Positions 55,253-63,435 of a stretch of DNA of 64,000 nt are shown here, piece by piece; within the stretch, counting starts at the first letter, position 1; every line of letters starts with the position of its first letter. This DNA comes from an uncultured Rhodospirillaceae bacterium (GTDB lineage Bacteria; Pseudomonadota; Alphaproteobacteria; Micavibrionales; UBA2020). Below the pieces are notes generated by a model. The model was not told the DNA's origin and did not search any database. It was given only the letters and a program-made list of their open reading frames with translations. The position numbers were made by a program, and so were the translations under genes. The stretch covers positions 16,244-80,243 of the forward strand of contig CAYZCE010000004.1 in NCBI GenBank assembly GCA_964476835.1. The letters run 5' to 3'.

Positions 55253-57532
55253 TCAGGGTTTCGGGTGATGCTCCGCGTCTGCCCGCGGGCCGTCGTAGCG
55301 GCGATAGCCGATCTGGATCGGCAGCCCGTAGAGATTGGCAAGGCTGGGCGCAACGGAGACATTGTCGACGCCCGCCTTATGCAGACGTGCCGCCGTTTCG
55401 GGATCGGCCGCCTGCGCGCCGCAAACGTCAACGCGCAACGACGGATTCGCGCCCCTGCCCTCGGCGATCGTGCGCTCGATCCGCTCCAGCAGCACGGGCG
55501 ACAGCTTCTTGAAGGGATCGTAACCGTTCTTACGCGCGAAGTTCGCATGCGCCTTGAGGTCGCTGCGCGCGATGCCGAAATGCTGCTGCGTGAGGTCGTT
55601 GGTGCCAAAGCTGATGAAGTCGCAAAGCGGCGCGATGGCGCGGATGTTGGCGCAGGCCTCGAGCGTCTCAACCATGACGCCGAAACTGTATTGTTGCGGC
55701 TTCATGCCCATCTCGCGCGCGACGGTATCAACCAATTCCTTCACCGCCCTGACATCTGCCTCGGTGCGGACGGCAGGCATCATGATCTCGAGCGGTGTTT
55801 GTGCGCCCGGCGCCGCATCCTTGAGCGCCGCGAAGATCGCCCGCACTTGGCCCTCATACAGCTTCGGCCACGTCTCCAGCGCCTCGCCGCCGTGCATGTC
55901 GAGCTTCGGGTAAAGCTCGAGGAAGCGCTTCTGCTCATCGCGCGACAGGATTTCCTGATGCACGAAGTCGAACAGGCGTATCTTGACCGCCGTGCCCGCG
56001 TTCAGCTTCTTGCAGATATCGGCGTATTCGTATTTGGCAACCGAGAACAGTTCGTCATACGCCGCATCCTGATGGTGCAGGATCGCGGACTTCAGCGCGG
56101 CCAGTTGTTCCCGGCTCGCCGTCACCATCTGCTCGGTACGCACAAGGCCGATCGCGCCGACGGCATTGAGAATGGTGGGAGATGCGGATTCAATGTTCGC
56201 CTTGACGCCCGGCACCGAAAACTCATGCTCTTTGATATATGCGGCAAAGCAGTCGCGCAGCTCCGAGAGCGTGCCGAGGTCGCGGTCCAGTTGCGCGTTC
56301 TTGCCGACTGCGTCCAGCGTCAGCGTCGGCAGTTCCAGCGTTTCCGGCGGGTTCAGGCATATGCCGTTGTCGATACCGACCAGCACGGTCTGGCCCTTCT
56401 TCACCACCTGTCCGCCGATCTTGACTTCGTCACCGTCGAAGAACACGGGCAGGTTCGGCTTGGCCTCTTCGTTGAATTCGCCGCGCGGCGACTTGACGCC
56501 CGGCGGCACTTCGCCGAACAGGCCGGCGACCATATGCGTCTCGCACAGCAGCTTGAGGTGCGAGGCCATGTAGGTCGACGTCACCACGATGCCGCCCAGC
56601 TTGCCGCTCGCCAGCAAAGGCACCACCTCGGGATCGTAACTGCGCATGACCAGCACAGGGCGCTCGGTCGTCCAAGTCTCATTGACTTCCTTGATCGAGA
56701 AGACGACCTTGCCCTTCACGGGGAAACCAGCCGCGCCGTAGAACTTCGCGTCGGGCTTCAGTCCTGCTTCCTTGATCTCATCGCTATTATAAAGCCCCTG
56801 CCTGAGCGCCGCGATGATGTCGTCGGCGCGACTGCGCATTTCCTTGATTGCGAGATCCGGGGGCACCACGCCGCGCCGCCATGCGGGCAGCGCGTTGACG
56901 CCGTTGGCGACTCCGTAGGACGCAAGCATCCGCCGATACCTCGTGCTATTGTGGTTCGTCGGAAGGTCGGTGCCAAGTTTGGCGTTAATCGCATCCCGCA
57001 TTGTCGAGGTGACCGGCGTGCGGCCATGCTGATCGCCGTCCATGAAATCGGAGAGCCAATCAACTTCCTCCGGGTCGACGAAACCCGCGACCGGGAAGCG
57101 TGGGTCGCCGCCGACCAGCCGCGCCGCATGCATGGCGGCCAGGTCGATGTCGAGCGACAGGAAGCTGATCTCGGGCAGCTTCATGCCCGGATAATTCTTT
57201 TCATACCAGTCGCCCACTTCCATCGCCGCCGGCGCACCGACGCCGAGCACATCGAGGAAGATGACGTTGGGCACCGGCTGGCCTGTTTCCTTCAGCTTGT
57301 TGAGGTACTGGAACAGTTCTTTCTTGTTATCGACCGCATGGATCGTGGCTTCATGTCCCTGCGCGCGCAGGCGGTCTTCGATGATGTCGGCGTAGATGGA
57401 AAAGCTGCCGCTGTCGTTGCAAAGGACAAGGTGCAGGCCTTTGGAAACGCCCTGCCCTTCGGTGGCCAGATGCACATGGCGCTTGCCGGAGGAAAAGAGG
57501 CGGTTGAAAATGCGGCGCAGGTTCATAGTCAC
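55253..57532 (-). CDS. PPDK-like PEP-utilising enzyme lacking the ATP-grasp domain, with receiver/flavodoxin-like N-terminal region
   Basis: Swivel domain 'GGIVVTSTYMASHLKLL'. PEP/pyruvate TIM barrel 'GLVRTEQM', 'VKIRLFD', 'GVMVETLEA', 'FISFGTNDLTQ', 'VDVCGAQAADP'. No 'GGKGANL'-type nucleotide-binding module. Confidence 0.75.
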   Translation of the reverse strand: MTMNLRRIFNRLFSSGKRHVHLATEGQGVSKGLHLVLCNDSGSFSIYADIIEDRLRAQGHEATIHAVDNKKELFQYLNKLKETGQPVPNVIFLDVLGVGAPAAMEVGDWYEKNYPGMKLPEISFLSLDIDLAAMHAARLVGGDPRFPVAGFVDPEEVDWLSDFMDGDQHGRTPVTSTMRDAINAKLGTDLPTNHNSTRYRRMLASYGVANGVNALPAWRRGVVPPDLAIKEMRSRADDIIAALRQGLYNSDEIKEAGLKPDAKFYGAAGFPVKGKVVFSIKEVNETWTTERPVLVMRSYDPEVVPLLASGKLGGIVVTSTYMASHLKLLCETHMVAGLFGEVPPGVKSPRGEFNEEAKPNLPVFFDGDEVKIGGQVVKKGQTVLVGIDNGICLNPPETLELPTLTLDAVGKNAQLDRDLGTLSELRDCFAAYIKEHEFSVPGVKANIESASPTILNAVGAIGLVRTEQMVTASREQLAALKSAILHHQDAAYDELFSVAKYEYADICKKLNAGTAVKIRLFDFVHQEILSRDEQKRFLELYPKLDMHGGEALETWPKLYEGQVRAIFAALKDAAPGAQTPLEIMMPAVRTEADVRAVKELVDTVAREMGMKPQQYSFGVMVETLEACANIRAIAPLCDFISFGTNDLTQQHFGIARSDLKAHANFARKNGYDPFKKLSPVLLERIERTIAEGRGANPSLRVDVCGAQAADPETAARLHKAGVDNVSVAPSLANLYGLPIQIGYRRYDGPRADAEHHPKP

Positions 57533-57568
57533 ACCTTAATTATATAAGGCATCATACTATGACAAGGT

Positions 57569-59065
57569 TTACAAATCCTTAATAACCTTCAACACCTGCT
57601 GCGCGCACATATATCCCGCAGTCCCGGCGATGGAGCCGGCCGGGTAAGCCCCTGCCCCGCAATAGAAAAACCGCTCATGCTTTCCAAGCCGGTAAAAGCC
57701 GCGCGCCGGGTCCTGCGCATAGGTGCGGTCGGCGAAGGTCTGGCCGTCGCACAGCTCGATGTGGTCGATGTTGCCTTGCGGGAAGTAGAACGTCTCGCGC
57801 AGGTCGCCGGGCGTGTAGAGGATGCTGGTGGCGAGATCCTGCGGGTTCTCGATCTTGTCGAGGATCAGGCGCTCCACCTGCTTGCGCACCGCCGTCAGCG
57901 CGCGCCCATTCTTCGCCAGCGTGAGGTTCTTGAAGAAGACGGAGACGATTTCATACTTGCGCTTGCCGCCCATTTTCCGGTCGGCCGCGCCTTCGCAGTA
58001 AATCTCGAAATAGCCGGGCGTATAGTCGCGGCCCTTGAGGTCACGGAAGGATTTCTCGAGCGCATTTAACGACGGCGCCGCCGCGATGAAGCGCATAGCG
58101 GTGTCGAAATCCTTAGCACCCGTGTCGCCCTTCCAGCGCACGCGCTTGTCGAACAGCAGCACCAGCTTGCCGCTGGTGCCGAGCATCTTCTTGCGCGCGA
58201 CTTTCTTTTCCAGCGGCGCGTCGCCCGCCAGCTTCGATGCCAGCAAGGGATCGGTCGCGAAGATCACGACGTCCGCCTTCTGCCGCTGCACGCGCCCGCC
58301 CTTGCGCCATGTGACCTCGCCGGTCGCCGGATCTGCCTTCAGCACATCCGCCCCCGCCACCGTCTTCACGCCGAGCGCGCGGTTGAGCTTGTCGAGTTCC
58401 TCCGCGATGCGCCAGATGCCGCCCTTGACGAAACCCCACTCCCCGCCGAACACGCTGCCCGACGACATCAACGGGATGGAGAACGCCGAATACCGGCTAT
58501 CCAGCGGCACCGGCCCGCTCTCCGTCGCCGAGACGCTGAAGAATAGCTGCGCCGCGTCGCTGGTGAAATAATGCTCGACCAGTGCGCGCGCGCTGCCGGT
58601 CACCCACAGTTTCGTCATCTCGCGCCCGAGCGCCTTTTCCGCTGCTTTCAACGAGGGTGCTTCGCCTTTGCGGTAGCCTTTCCGCAGGAAGGCGGACACC
58701 TTCGCCATGTCGCGCTCGAACCGCGCGAGGTCGCCGCGTTCGCCGTGCGCGCGGCGCAAGCCTTCCGCCGTGACAAAACATTCCTTGCCCCCCGACCACA
58801 GGATCGTCGGATGCGCGGGCGTCATCAGGCGCAGCTTTTTCGCCAGCCCCGTCTCTTGGAGGACGAAATCCTGCATGAAGCCCAGCACGCTCGCGCCGTT
58901 GGGGAAGGCATAGGTCTTGCCCTTGCGCGTGATCTCCGTCACCGCGCACGCGCCGCCCGCGCGCGGCTTCTTCTCCAGCACCGTGACGTCGTGCCCGCCG
59001 CGGCGCAGGTAATTCGCCGCGACAAGTCCGTTGATCCCCGCACCGATAATGACGATCTTTTTCAT
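57569..59065 (-). CDS. FAD/NAD(P)-dependent oxidoreductase, phytoene desaturase (CrtI)/amine-oxidase family
   Basis: 'KKIVIIGAGINGLVAANYLRRGGHDVTVLEKKPRAGG' dinucleotide fold; C-terminal 'YCGAGAYPAGSIAGTAGYMCA'. Confidence 0.8.
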   Translation of the reverse strand: MKKIVIIGAGINGLVAANYLRRGGHDVTVLEKKPRAGGACAVTEITRKGKTYAFPNGASVLGFMQDFVLQETGLAKKLRLMTPAHPTILWSGGKECFVTAEGLRRAHGERGDLARFERDMAKVSAFLRKGYRKGEAPSLKAAEKALGREMTKLWVTGSARALVEHYFTSDAAQLFFSVSATESGPVPLDSRYSAFSIPLMSSGSVFGGEWGFVKGGIWRIAEELDKLNRALGVKTVAGADVLKADPATGEVTWRKGGRVQRQKADVVIFATDPLLASKLAGDAPLEKKVARKKMLGTSGKLVLLFDKRVRWKGDTGAKDFDTAMRFIAAAPSLNALEKSFRDLKGRDYTPGYFEIYCEGAADRKMGGKRKYEIVSVFFKNLTLAKNGRALTAVRKQVERLILDKIENPQDLATSILYTPGDLRETFYFPQGNIDHIELCDGQTFADRTYAQDPARGFYRLGKHERFFYCGAGAYPAGSIAGTAGYMCAQQVLKVIKDL

Positions 59066-59094
59066 GCCCGCTAGGCTATCAGGACTGCGGACAA

Positions 59095-59128
59095 GAAAAA
59101 AGCCCGGGGCTTGCGCACCGGGCTTTTT
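59095..59128 (-). terminator. rho-independent terminator downstream of cspA (bidirectional shape)
   Basis: AAAAAA-AGCCCGG...CCGGGCT-TTTTT. Confidence 0.7.
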
Positions 59129-59147
59129 CCACCTGTATCAGGATGGC

Positions 59148-59351
59148 TTACGCCGCCTTGAGGTTGGTAGCCGAATCGCGACCCTTTTCGCTCGCGATGT
59201 CGTAGCTGATCTTTTGACCTTCGTTCAGGCTACGCAGGCCTGCGCGTTCGACCGCGCTGATGTGAACGAATACGTCCGAACCGCCGTTGTCAGGCTGGAT
59301 GAAACCGAAACCCTTTTGGGCGTTGAACCACTTAACAGTACCTTGAGCCAT
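59148..59351 (-). CDS. cspA: cold-shock protein (CspA family)
   Basis: '[18 protein letters not shown]' (RNP1) and 'DVFVHIS' (RNP2). ATG 59351 follows AAGGAGG. Confidence 0.93.
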   Translation of the reverse strand: MAQGTVKWFNAQKGFGFIQPDNGGSDVFVHISAVERAGLRSLNEGQKISYDIASEKGRDSATNLKAA

Positions 59352-59756
59352 ATTGGCCTCCTTGTAAAACGCACTTTCGTGCATGACGCCCCGCCGGCAA
59401 CCATTGCCCGCTGAGCATTATCCGAAAATAGCGATGTCTTGAGAAAGGCCCGTAAGGCAGCAAACAAGTCAGAACTTAAAATCTCGAATAGCCACACTTT
59501 AGGCCTTTTCGCGGCAATAGCAAGAGATATTTTTCAGAAAACATAATAGGGTTGATATCGCTCACAATTCCAGCATCCGTAAAATAAAGACCCGCGCACC
59601 GCGCATCCATGGTATATTGAGATATTAGAGACATGAATTCCTGCGCTTTCTTAATTAAGCGACGGACTGTCCGACCTCTTTCGACACCATGCCGTATCCA
59701 CGCGACACGCCCCACCGGGTGTGAACGAGCGCTATTTTTTTCAAAGGAATAAACCA

Positions 59757-59990
59757 ATGACCAAAGATCAATTCCACGACAGCGCCAAGGACAAAACCGC
59801 CGCCGGAAAAAGCACCACCACGACAGCCGCCGCTCCTCCACGCCCACCCAGCCCACAACCGATGATGAGCATGCACTTGACCCCCAAACCACCCTTCGGC
59901 ATGCCCGTGATGCCAGTGGCGACAAAGGTCAAACTGCTGCCGACGGCAGTGCAGGTGGTGAAGAGAGTGGAAGAGGATAATCAGGAATAA
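59757..59990 (+). CDS. hypothetical small Pro/Thr-rich protein (77 aa)
   Basis: AGGA RBS about 8 nt upstream; GC3-biased codons inside a lower-GC region. No motif. Confidence 0.4.
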   Translation: MTKDQFHDSAKDKTAAGKSTTTTAAAPPRPPSPQPMMSMHLTPKPPFGMPVMPVATKVKLLPTAVQVVKRVEEDNQE

Positions 59991-60048
59991 AGCTTGCCAA
60001 ACATTCCTACATGAGAATTACGCTTGTGGACTTCGTAGAACTAAAGGC

Positions 60049-60138
60049 TGGCGGAAGGGGTGAGATTCGAACTCACGGTGAACTTACGCCCACGCTAGTT
60101 TTCAAGACTAGAGCCTTAAACCGCTCGGCCACCCTTCC
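60049..60138 (-). tRNA. tRNA-Ser (anticodon UGA)
   Basis: Hand-folded: acceptor GGAAGGG/CCCTTCC; anticodon arm CTAGT-CTTGAAA-ACTAG; long variable arm; T-arm GAGTTCGAATCTC; encoded CCA. Confidence 0.9.
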
Positions 60139-60194
60139 GCGTTCGTCTTTCGTATCGGTTTTGCTATAGCGCGTCAACTGCCGCGAAGGGCTGT

Positions 60195-60220
60195 GGAACT
60201 TCCGCAGGCCGTCAGGCATT
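60195..60220 (+). promoter_or_regulatory. candidate ECF/EcfG-type promoter, one mismatch (GGAAC-N17-CATT)
   Basis: GGAAC ttccgcaggccgtcagg CATT; 37 nt to ATG 60258, the same geometry as the three perfect sites at 20.9-23.9 kb. Confidence 0.4.
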
Positions 60221-60257
60221 GGTCAGGTAAGCGGTTTAAAATTCAAGGAGCATCCCC

Positions 60258-60884
60258 ATGAAAACCCATATTTTTATCCTTCCCCTCGTCTCCCTCCTTG
60301 CCCTTGCGCCTTATGTGGCGCAGGCAGCGAATAATGCCAGCAACTTCACGCCCGCGCGCGGCAGCGCCGAAAAGGCAATGGGCACAGGCGCCCCGAACTA
60401 TGTCATGCCCAATACGGGTCCGAGCGGCCTGAGCTATAGCGCGAGCGCGCCGTCGACCGGCAATACGAGCAGCACCGGCACGACGACGAATACAGGCACA
60501 AAAACAACGGGCGGCGCGACGACCACAACGGGCTCGGGCCTCATGCCCAATACGGGTCCGAGCGGCCTCAGCTATAGCGCCAGCGCGCCGAACGGGGCGG
60601 CAAACGCCAATGCGAACGCGCAGCAATTCAGCAGCTATGTTTACAGCCGCTGGGATACCAACCAAGACGGCACGATCAGCCGCTCGGAATGGAACAACAT
60701 CGACCCGAAATGGCAGGGACAGCGCACAACGGCCAACTTCAGGGCGCTGGATACCAACCACAACGGCGTGCTCGATTCAGCGGAAACACAGGCCTATTTC
60801 TCCAACAACAGCATGTATATGCTCTACGACACCAACCACGACGGGGTGATCGACAGCACGGAAGCGCAGAAATTCCCCAAGTAA
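60258..60884 (+). CDS. secreted protein with duplicated 16-aa motif and three C-terminal EF-hand loops
   Basis: Signal peptide 'LPLVSLLALAPYVAQA'; two copies of 'MPNTGPSGLSYSASAP'; EF-hand loops 'DTNQDGTISRSE', 'DTNHNGVLDSAE', 'DTNHDGVIDSTE'. Confidence 0.75.
   Translation: MKTHIFILPLVSLLALAPYVAQAANNASNFTPARGSAEKAMGTGAPNYVMPNTGPSGLSYSASAPSTGNTSSTGTTTNTGTKTTGGATTTTGSGLMPNTGPSGLSYSASAPNGAANANANAQQFSSYVYSRWDTNQDGTISRSEWNNIDPKWQGQRTTANFRALDTNHNGVLDSAETQAYFSNNSMYMLYDTNHDGVIDSTEAQKFPK
60405..60590 (+). repeat. 48-bp direct repeat pair inside the EF-hand gene
   Basis: 60405-60452 and 60543-60590 differ at 2 of 48 positions; 138 bp (46 codons) apart, in frame. Confidence 0.85.
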
Positions 60885-60942
60885 CGCAATTAAAGGAATG
60901 GGAAGATCCGTCTGACGACCGATCGGCTTCATTCTTTTGATA

Positions 60943-60976
60943 GAGAGGTGGCTCCGCGTGAGCCGCCTCTTTTTTG
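60943..60976 (+). terminator. rho-independent terminator
   Basis: GAGGTGGCTC-cgcgt-GAGCCGCCTC (one G-T pair) followed by TTTTTT. Confidence 0.7.
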
Positions 60977-61046
60977 CGCGCACGCCAAGAATATATTACA
61001 TAACATGAAAGTTGCGCTTTTTGGGCGGCGGGGTTATTGTGTGGGC

Positions 61047-62003
61047 ATGACCGACAATACCGAGAACGACGACAAGAAACTGCGTCACCCCGAGAAGCAG
61101 CACAAGCCGGATAACCCGATCCCGCGCAAGCCGGAATGGATCCGCGTGAAGGCGCCGAACTCGCCCGAATATCACGAGACGCGCAAGCTGATGCGCGGCA
61201 TGAACCTCGCGACCGTGTGCGAGGAAGCCGCCTGCCCCAACATCGGCGAATGCTGGAAGCAGAAGCACGCGACCTTCATGATCCTCGGCGCGACCTGCAC
61301 GCGCGCCTGCGCGTTCTGCAACGTGGCGACGGGCATCCCCGACAAGCTCGACCCGTTCGAGCCCGCGCGCGTCGCGATTGCGGTGCAGAAGCTGGGCCTG
61401 CGCCATGTCGTCATCACCTCGGTCGACCGCGACGACCTGGACGACGGCGGCGCGGAACAGTTCGTCAAAGTCATCAACGAAATCCGCCGCCTCTCGCCCG
61501 CGACGACGATTGAAATTCTCACGCCCGACTTCAAGGACAAGCAAGGCGCGATCGAGGCCATCGTCAAGGCGCGTCCCGACGTGTTCAACCACAACCTCGA
61601 GACCGTGCCGAAGCTCTACCCGACCATCCGCCCCGGCGCGCGGTATTTCACGTCGCTGGAGCTGCTGAGCCGCGTCAAGAAGCTGGACCCGTCCATCTTC
61701 ACCAAGTCCGGCCTGATGGTCGGCCTCGGCGAGGAGAAGACTGAGATCATGCAGGTCATGGACGACCTGCGCGCCGCCGACGTCGATTTCATCACTATCG
61801 GCCAGTACCTGCAGCCGACGCCGAAGCACGCGGCCATCGCCAAGTTCGTGACGCCGGACGAGTTCAAGTCTTACGAGACGATCGCGCGCGCCAAGGGCTT
61901 CCTGATGGTCGCGGCATCGCCGCTGACGCGCTCGTCGTATCACGCGGACGCCGACTTCGACAAGCTGCGCGCCGCGCGCGAAGCCAAGCTCGGCAATGCC
62001 TGA
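61047..62003 (+). CDS. lipA: lipoyl synthase
   Basis: '[13 protein letters not shown]' auxiliary cluster and radical-SAM '[10 protein letters not shown]'. ATG 61047. Confidence 0.93.
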   Translation: MTDNTENDDKKLRHPEKQHKPDNPIPRKPEWIRVKAPNSPEYHETRKLMRGMNLATVCEEAACPNIGECWKQKHATFMILGATCTRACAFCNVATGIPDKLDPFEPARVAIAVQKLGLRHVVITSVDRDDLDDGGAEQFVKVINEIRRLSPATTIEILTPDFKDKQGAIEAIVKARPDVFNHNLETVPKLYPTIRPGARYFTSLELLSRVKKLDPSIFTKSGLMVGLGEEKTEIMQVMDDLRAADVDFITIGQYLQPTPKHAAIAKFVTPDEFKSYETIARAKGFLMVAASPLTRSSYHADADFDKLRAAREAKLGNA

Positions 62004-62439
62004 TCATTCCGAAACGCGCATCCTGCCCTATAGCGCCGAACAGCTGTTCGACCTGGTAATGGATATCGGCAAGTATCCCGAATTCCTGCCCTGGTGCATC
62101 GGCGCGCGCGTCAACGACACCACCAAGAATACCATCGAGGCCGATGTCGTCATCGGCTACAAGATGTTCCGCGAAAAGTTTTCGTCGCGCGTACGCTTCA
62201 CGCGGCCGACGGAAATCGAGGTCGAATACCTCCAAGGCCCCATGCGCCATTTGCACAACAAGTGGGCGTTCAAGAATATTGCGCGCGGACAGTGCCAGAT
62301 AGATTTCTTTGTTGATTTCTCACTGCAATCGAAGCTGCTCGAAAGCTTTGTCGACCAATTCTTCCAAAAGGCGCTTGCGAAAATGATCGACGCCTTCGAG
62401 GCGCGTGCGTTCGAGCTGTACGGCTCTACGAAGAACTGA
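61996..62439 (+). CDS. ratA: SRPBCC-fold protein, RatA/COQ10 (polyketide cyclase-like) family
   Basis: '[25 protein letters not shown]' is typical of the family; overlaps the lipA end by 8 nt. Confidence 0.8.
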   Translation: MPDHSETRILPYSAEQLFDLVMDIGKYPEFLPWCIGARVNDTTKNTIEADVVIGYKMFREKFSSRVRFTRPTEIEVEYLQGPMRHLHNKWAFKNIARGQCQIDFFVDFSLQSKLLESFVDQFFQKALAKMIDAFEARAFELYGSTKN

Positions 62440-62923
62440 TTTCCTGCAGAAGCGCCTTGAGCGCCGCTTCGACCGTTTGCAAGCGCACCGCCGTGCGGTC
62501 GCCGGGGAAGATATTTTTCACGGTACGCACGACGCCTGCCGAGGCAATGCCCATATAGACAAGGCCGACGGGTTTCTCCGCCGAGCCTCCGCCCGGGCCC
62601 GCGATGCCGGTGACAGCGACGGTGATGTCTGCGCTGGAATTGGCGAGCGCGCCATAGGCCATCTCGCCCGCCGTGTCCGCGCTGACGGCGCCGACGGCGG
62701 CCAGCGTCTTGTGCGAGACGTTGAGCATCTGCACTTTCGCCTCGTTGGAATAGACGATGAAGCCGCGGTCGACCACATCGGAAGAACCGGCGATTTCCGT
62801 GAGGCACCCGGCGATCAGGCCACCGGTGCAGGATTCAGCCGTGGCGAGGCGCAGCTTTTTCGCGCGCGCCACCGCGAGCACCTCTTCCGCCAGCGTCGTC
62901 AGGTGCGGCGGGAACAGCGTCAT
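62426..62923 (-). CDS. pncC: CinA C-terminal domain / nicotinamide-nucleotide amidohydrolase PncC-like
   Basis: 'LATAESCTGGLIAGCLT', 'VAVTGIAGPGGG'. Confidence 0.85.
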   Translation of the reverse strand: MTLFPPHLTTLAEEVLAVARAKKLRLATAESCTGGLIAGCLTEIAGSSDVVDRGFIVYSNEAKVQMLNVSHKTLAAVGAVSADTAGEMAYGALANSSADITVAVTGIAGPGGGSAEKPVGLVYMGIASAGVVRTVKNIFPGDRTAVRLQTVEAALKALLQEISSS

Positions 62924-63435
62924 TGGTAGTAATACGGCAGGGCGATGATGCAGGTGCCGAGCAGCGCGTAGATGCCCGCCACGACGTCATCCATCATCAC
63001 GTCGAAACCGTTGCGGGCGCGGTTGTCGAAGAAGCGCGCCGGCCACGGCTTCCAGATGTCGAAGAGTCGGAACAGCAGGAACGCCGTCAGCCACGGCCAG
63101 AGATGCAGCTTCGCGGGCAATGCCGCGATCCAGATGCCGACGACTTCGTCGACGACGATCGATTGGTCGTCCACCTCGCCCGACTTGCGACCGTAAGCAT
63201 TCGCCGCGACGGTGCCGACGATGAGCAGCGCAAGCGCAGCCAGCGCGAGATACAGCGGCCCGCCCAGCCACACGATCGCAAGGCCGAAGGGGATCGCCGC
63301 GAGCGACCCTACCGTGCCCGGCGCGGGGCGCACGAGGCCGGAACCGAACCACGTAGAGATCAGCGCGACCGGATTGGCCAGCGGCAATCCCGCAGGCAAC
63401 GGCTTGAAACGCAATTTCAACTTGTCTTTCATCAT
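62920..63435 (-). CDS. pgpA: phosphatidylglycerophosphatase A
   Basis: 'GSGLVRPAPGTVGSLAAIP', 'DDQSIVVDEVVG', 'FRLFDIWKPWP'. Confidence 0.88.
   Translation of the reverse strand: MMKDKLKLRFKPLPAGLPLANPVALISTWFGSGLVRPAPGTVGSLAAIPFGLAIVWLGGPLYLALAALALLIVGTVAANAYGRKSGEVDDQSIVVDEVVGIWIAALPAKLHLWPWLTAFLLFRLFDIWKPWPARFFDNRARNGFDVMMDDVVAGIYALLGTCIIALPYYYQ

Noticed and set aside
24831-57547. Other long mirror ORFs, e.g. 24831-26399 (vs nnr), 31162-32340 (vs serS), 33254-34492 (vs scpB), 37119-38915 (vs argS), 39561-40754 (vs dgt), 41241-42743 (vs NCS1), 45954-47273 (vs murJ), 51212-52321 (vs acyltransferase), 55265-57547 (vs PPDK-like)
   Set aside because: Same reasoning: the sense-strand partner carries recognisable family motifs and the antisense translations do not.
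59476-59925. 149-aa minus-strand ORF in the cspA upstream region
   Set aside because: No RBS, Cys/Trp/Arg-rich implausible composition, and it overlaps the better-supported plus-strand 77-aa ORF. The region is more likely leader or intergenic.
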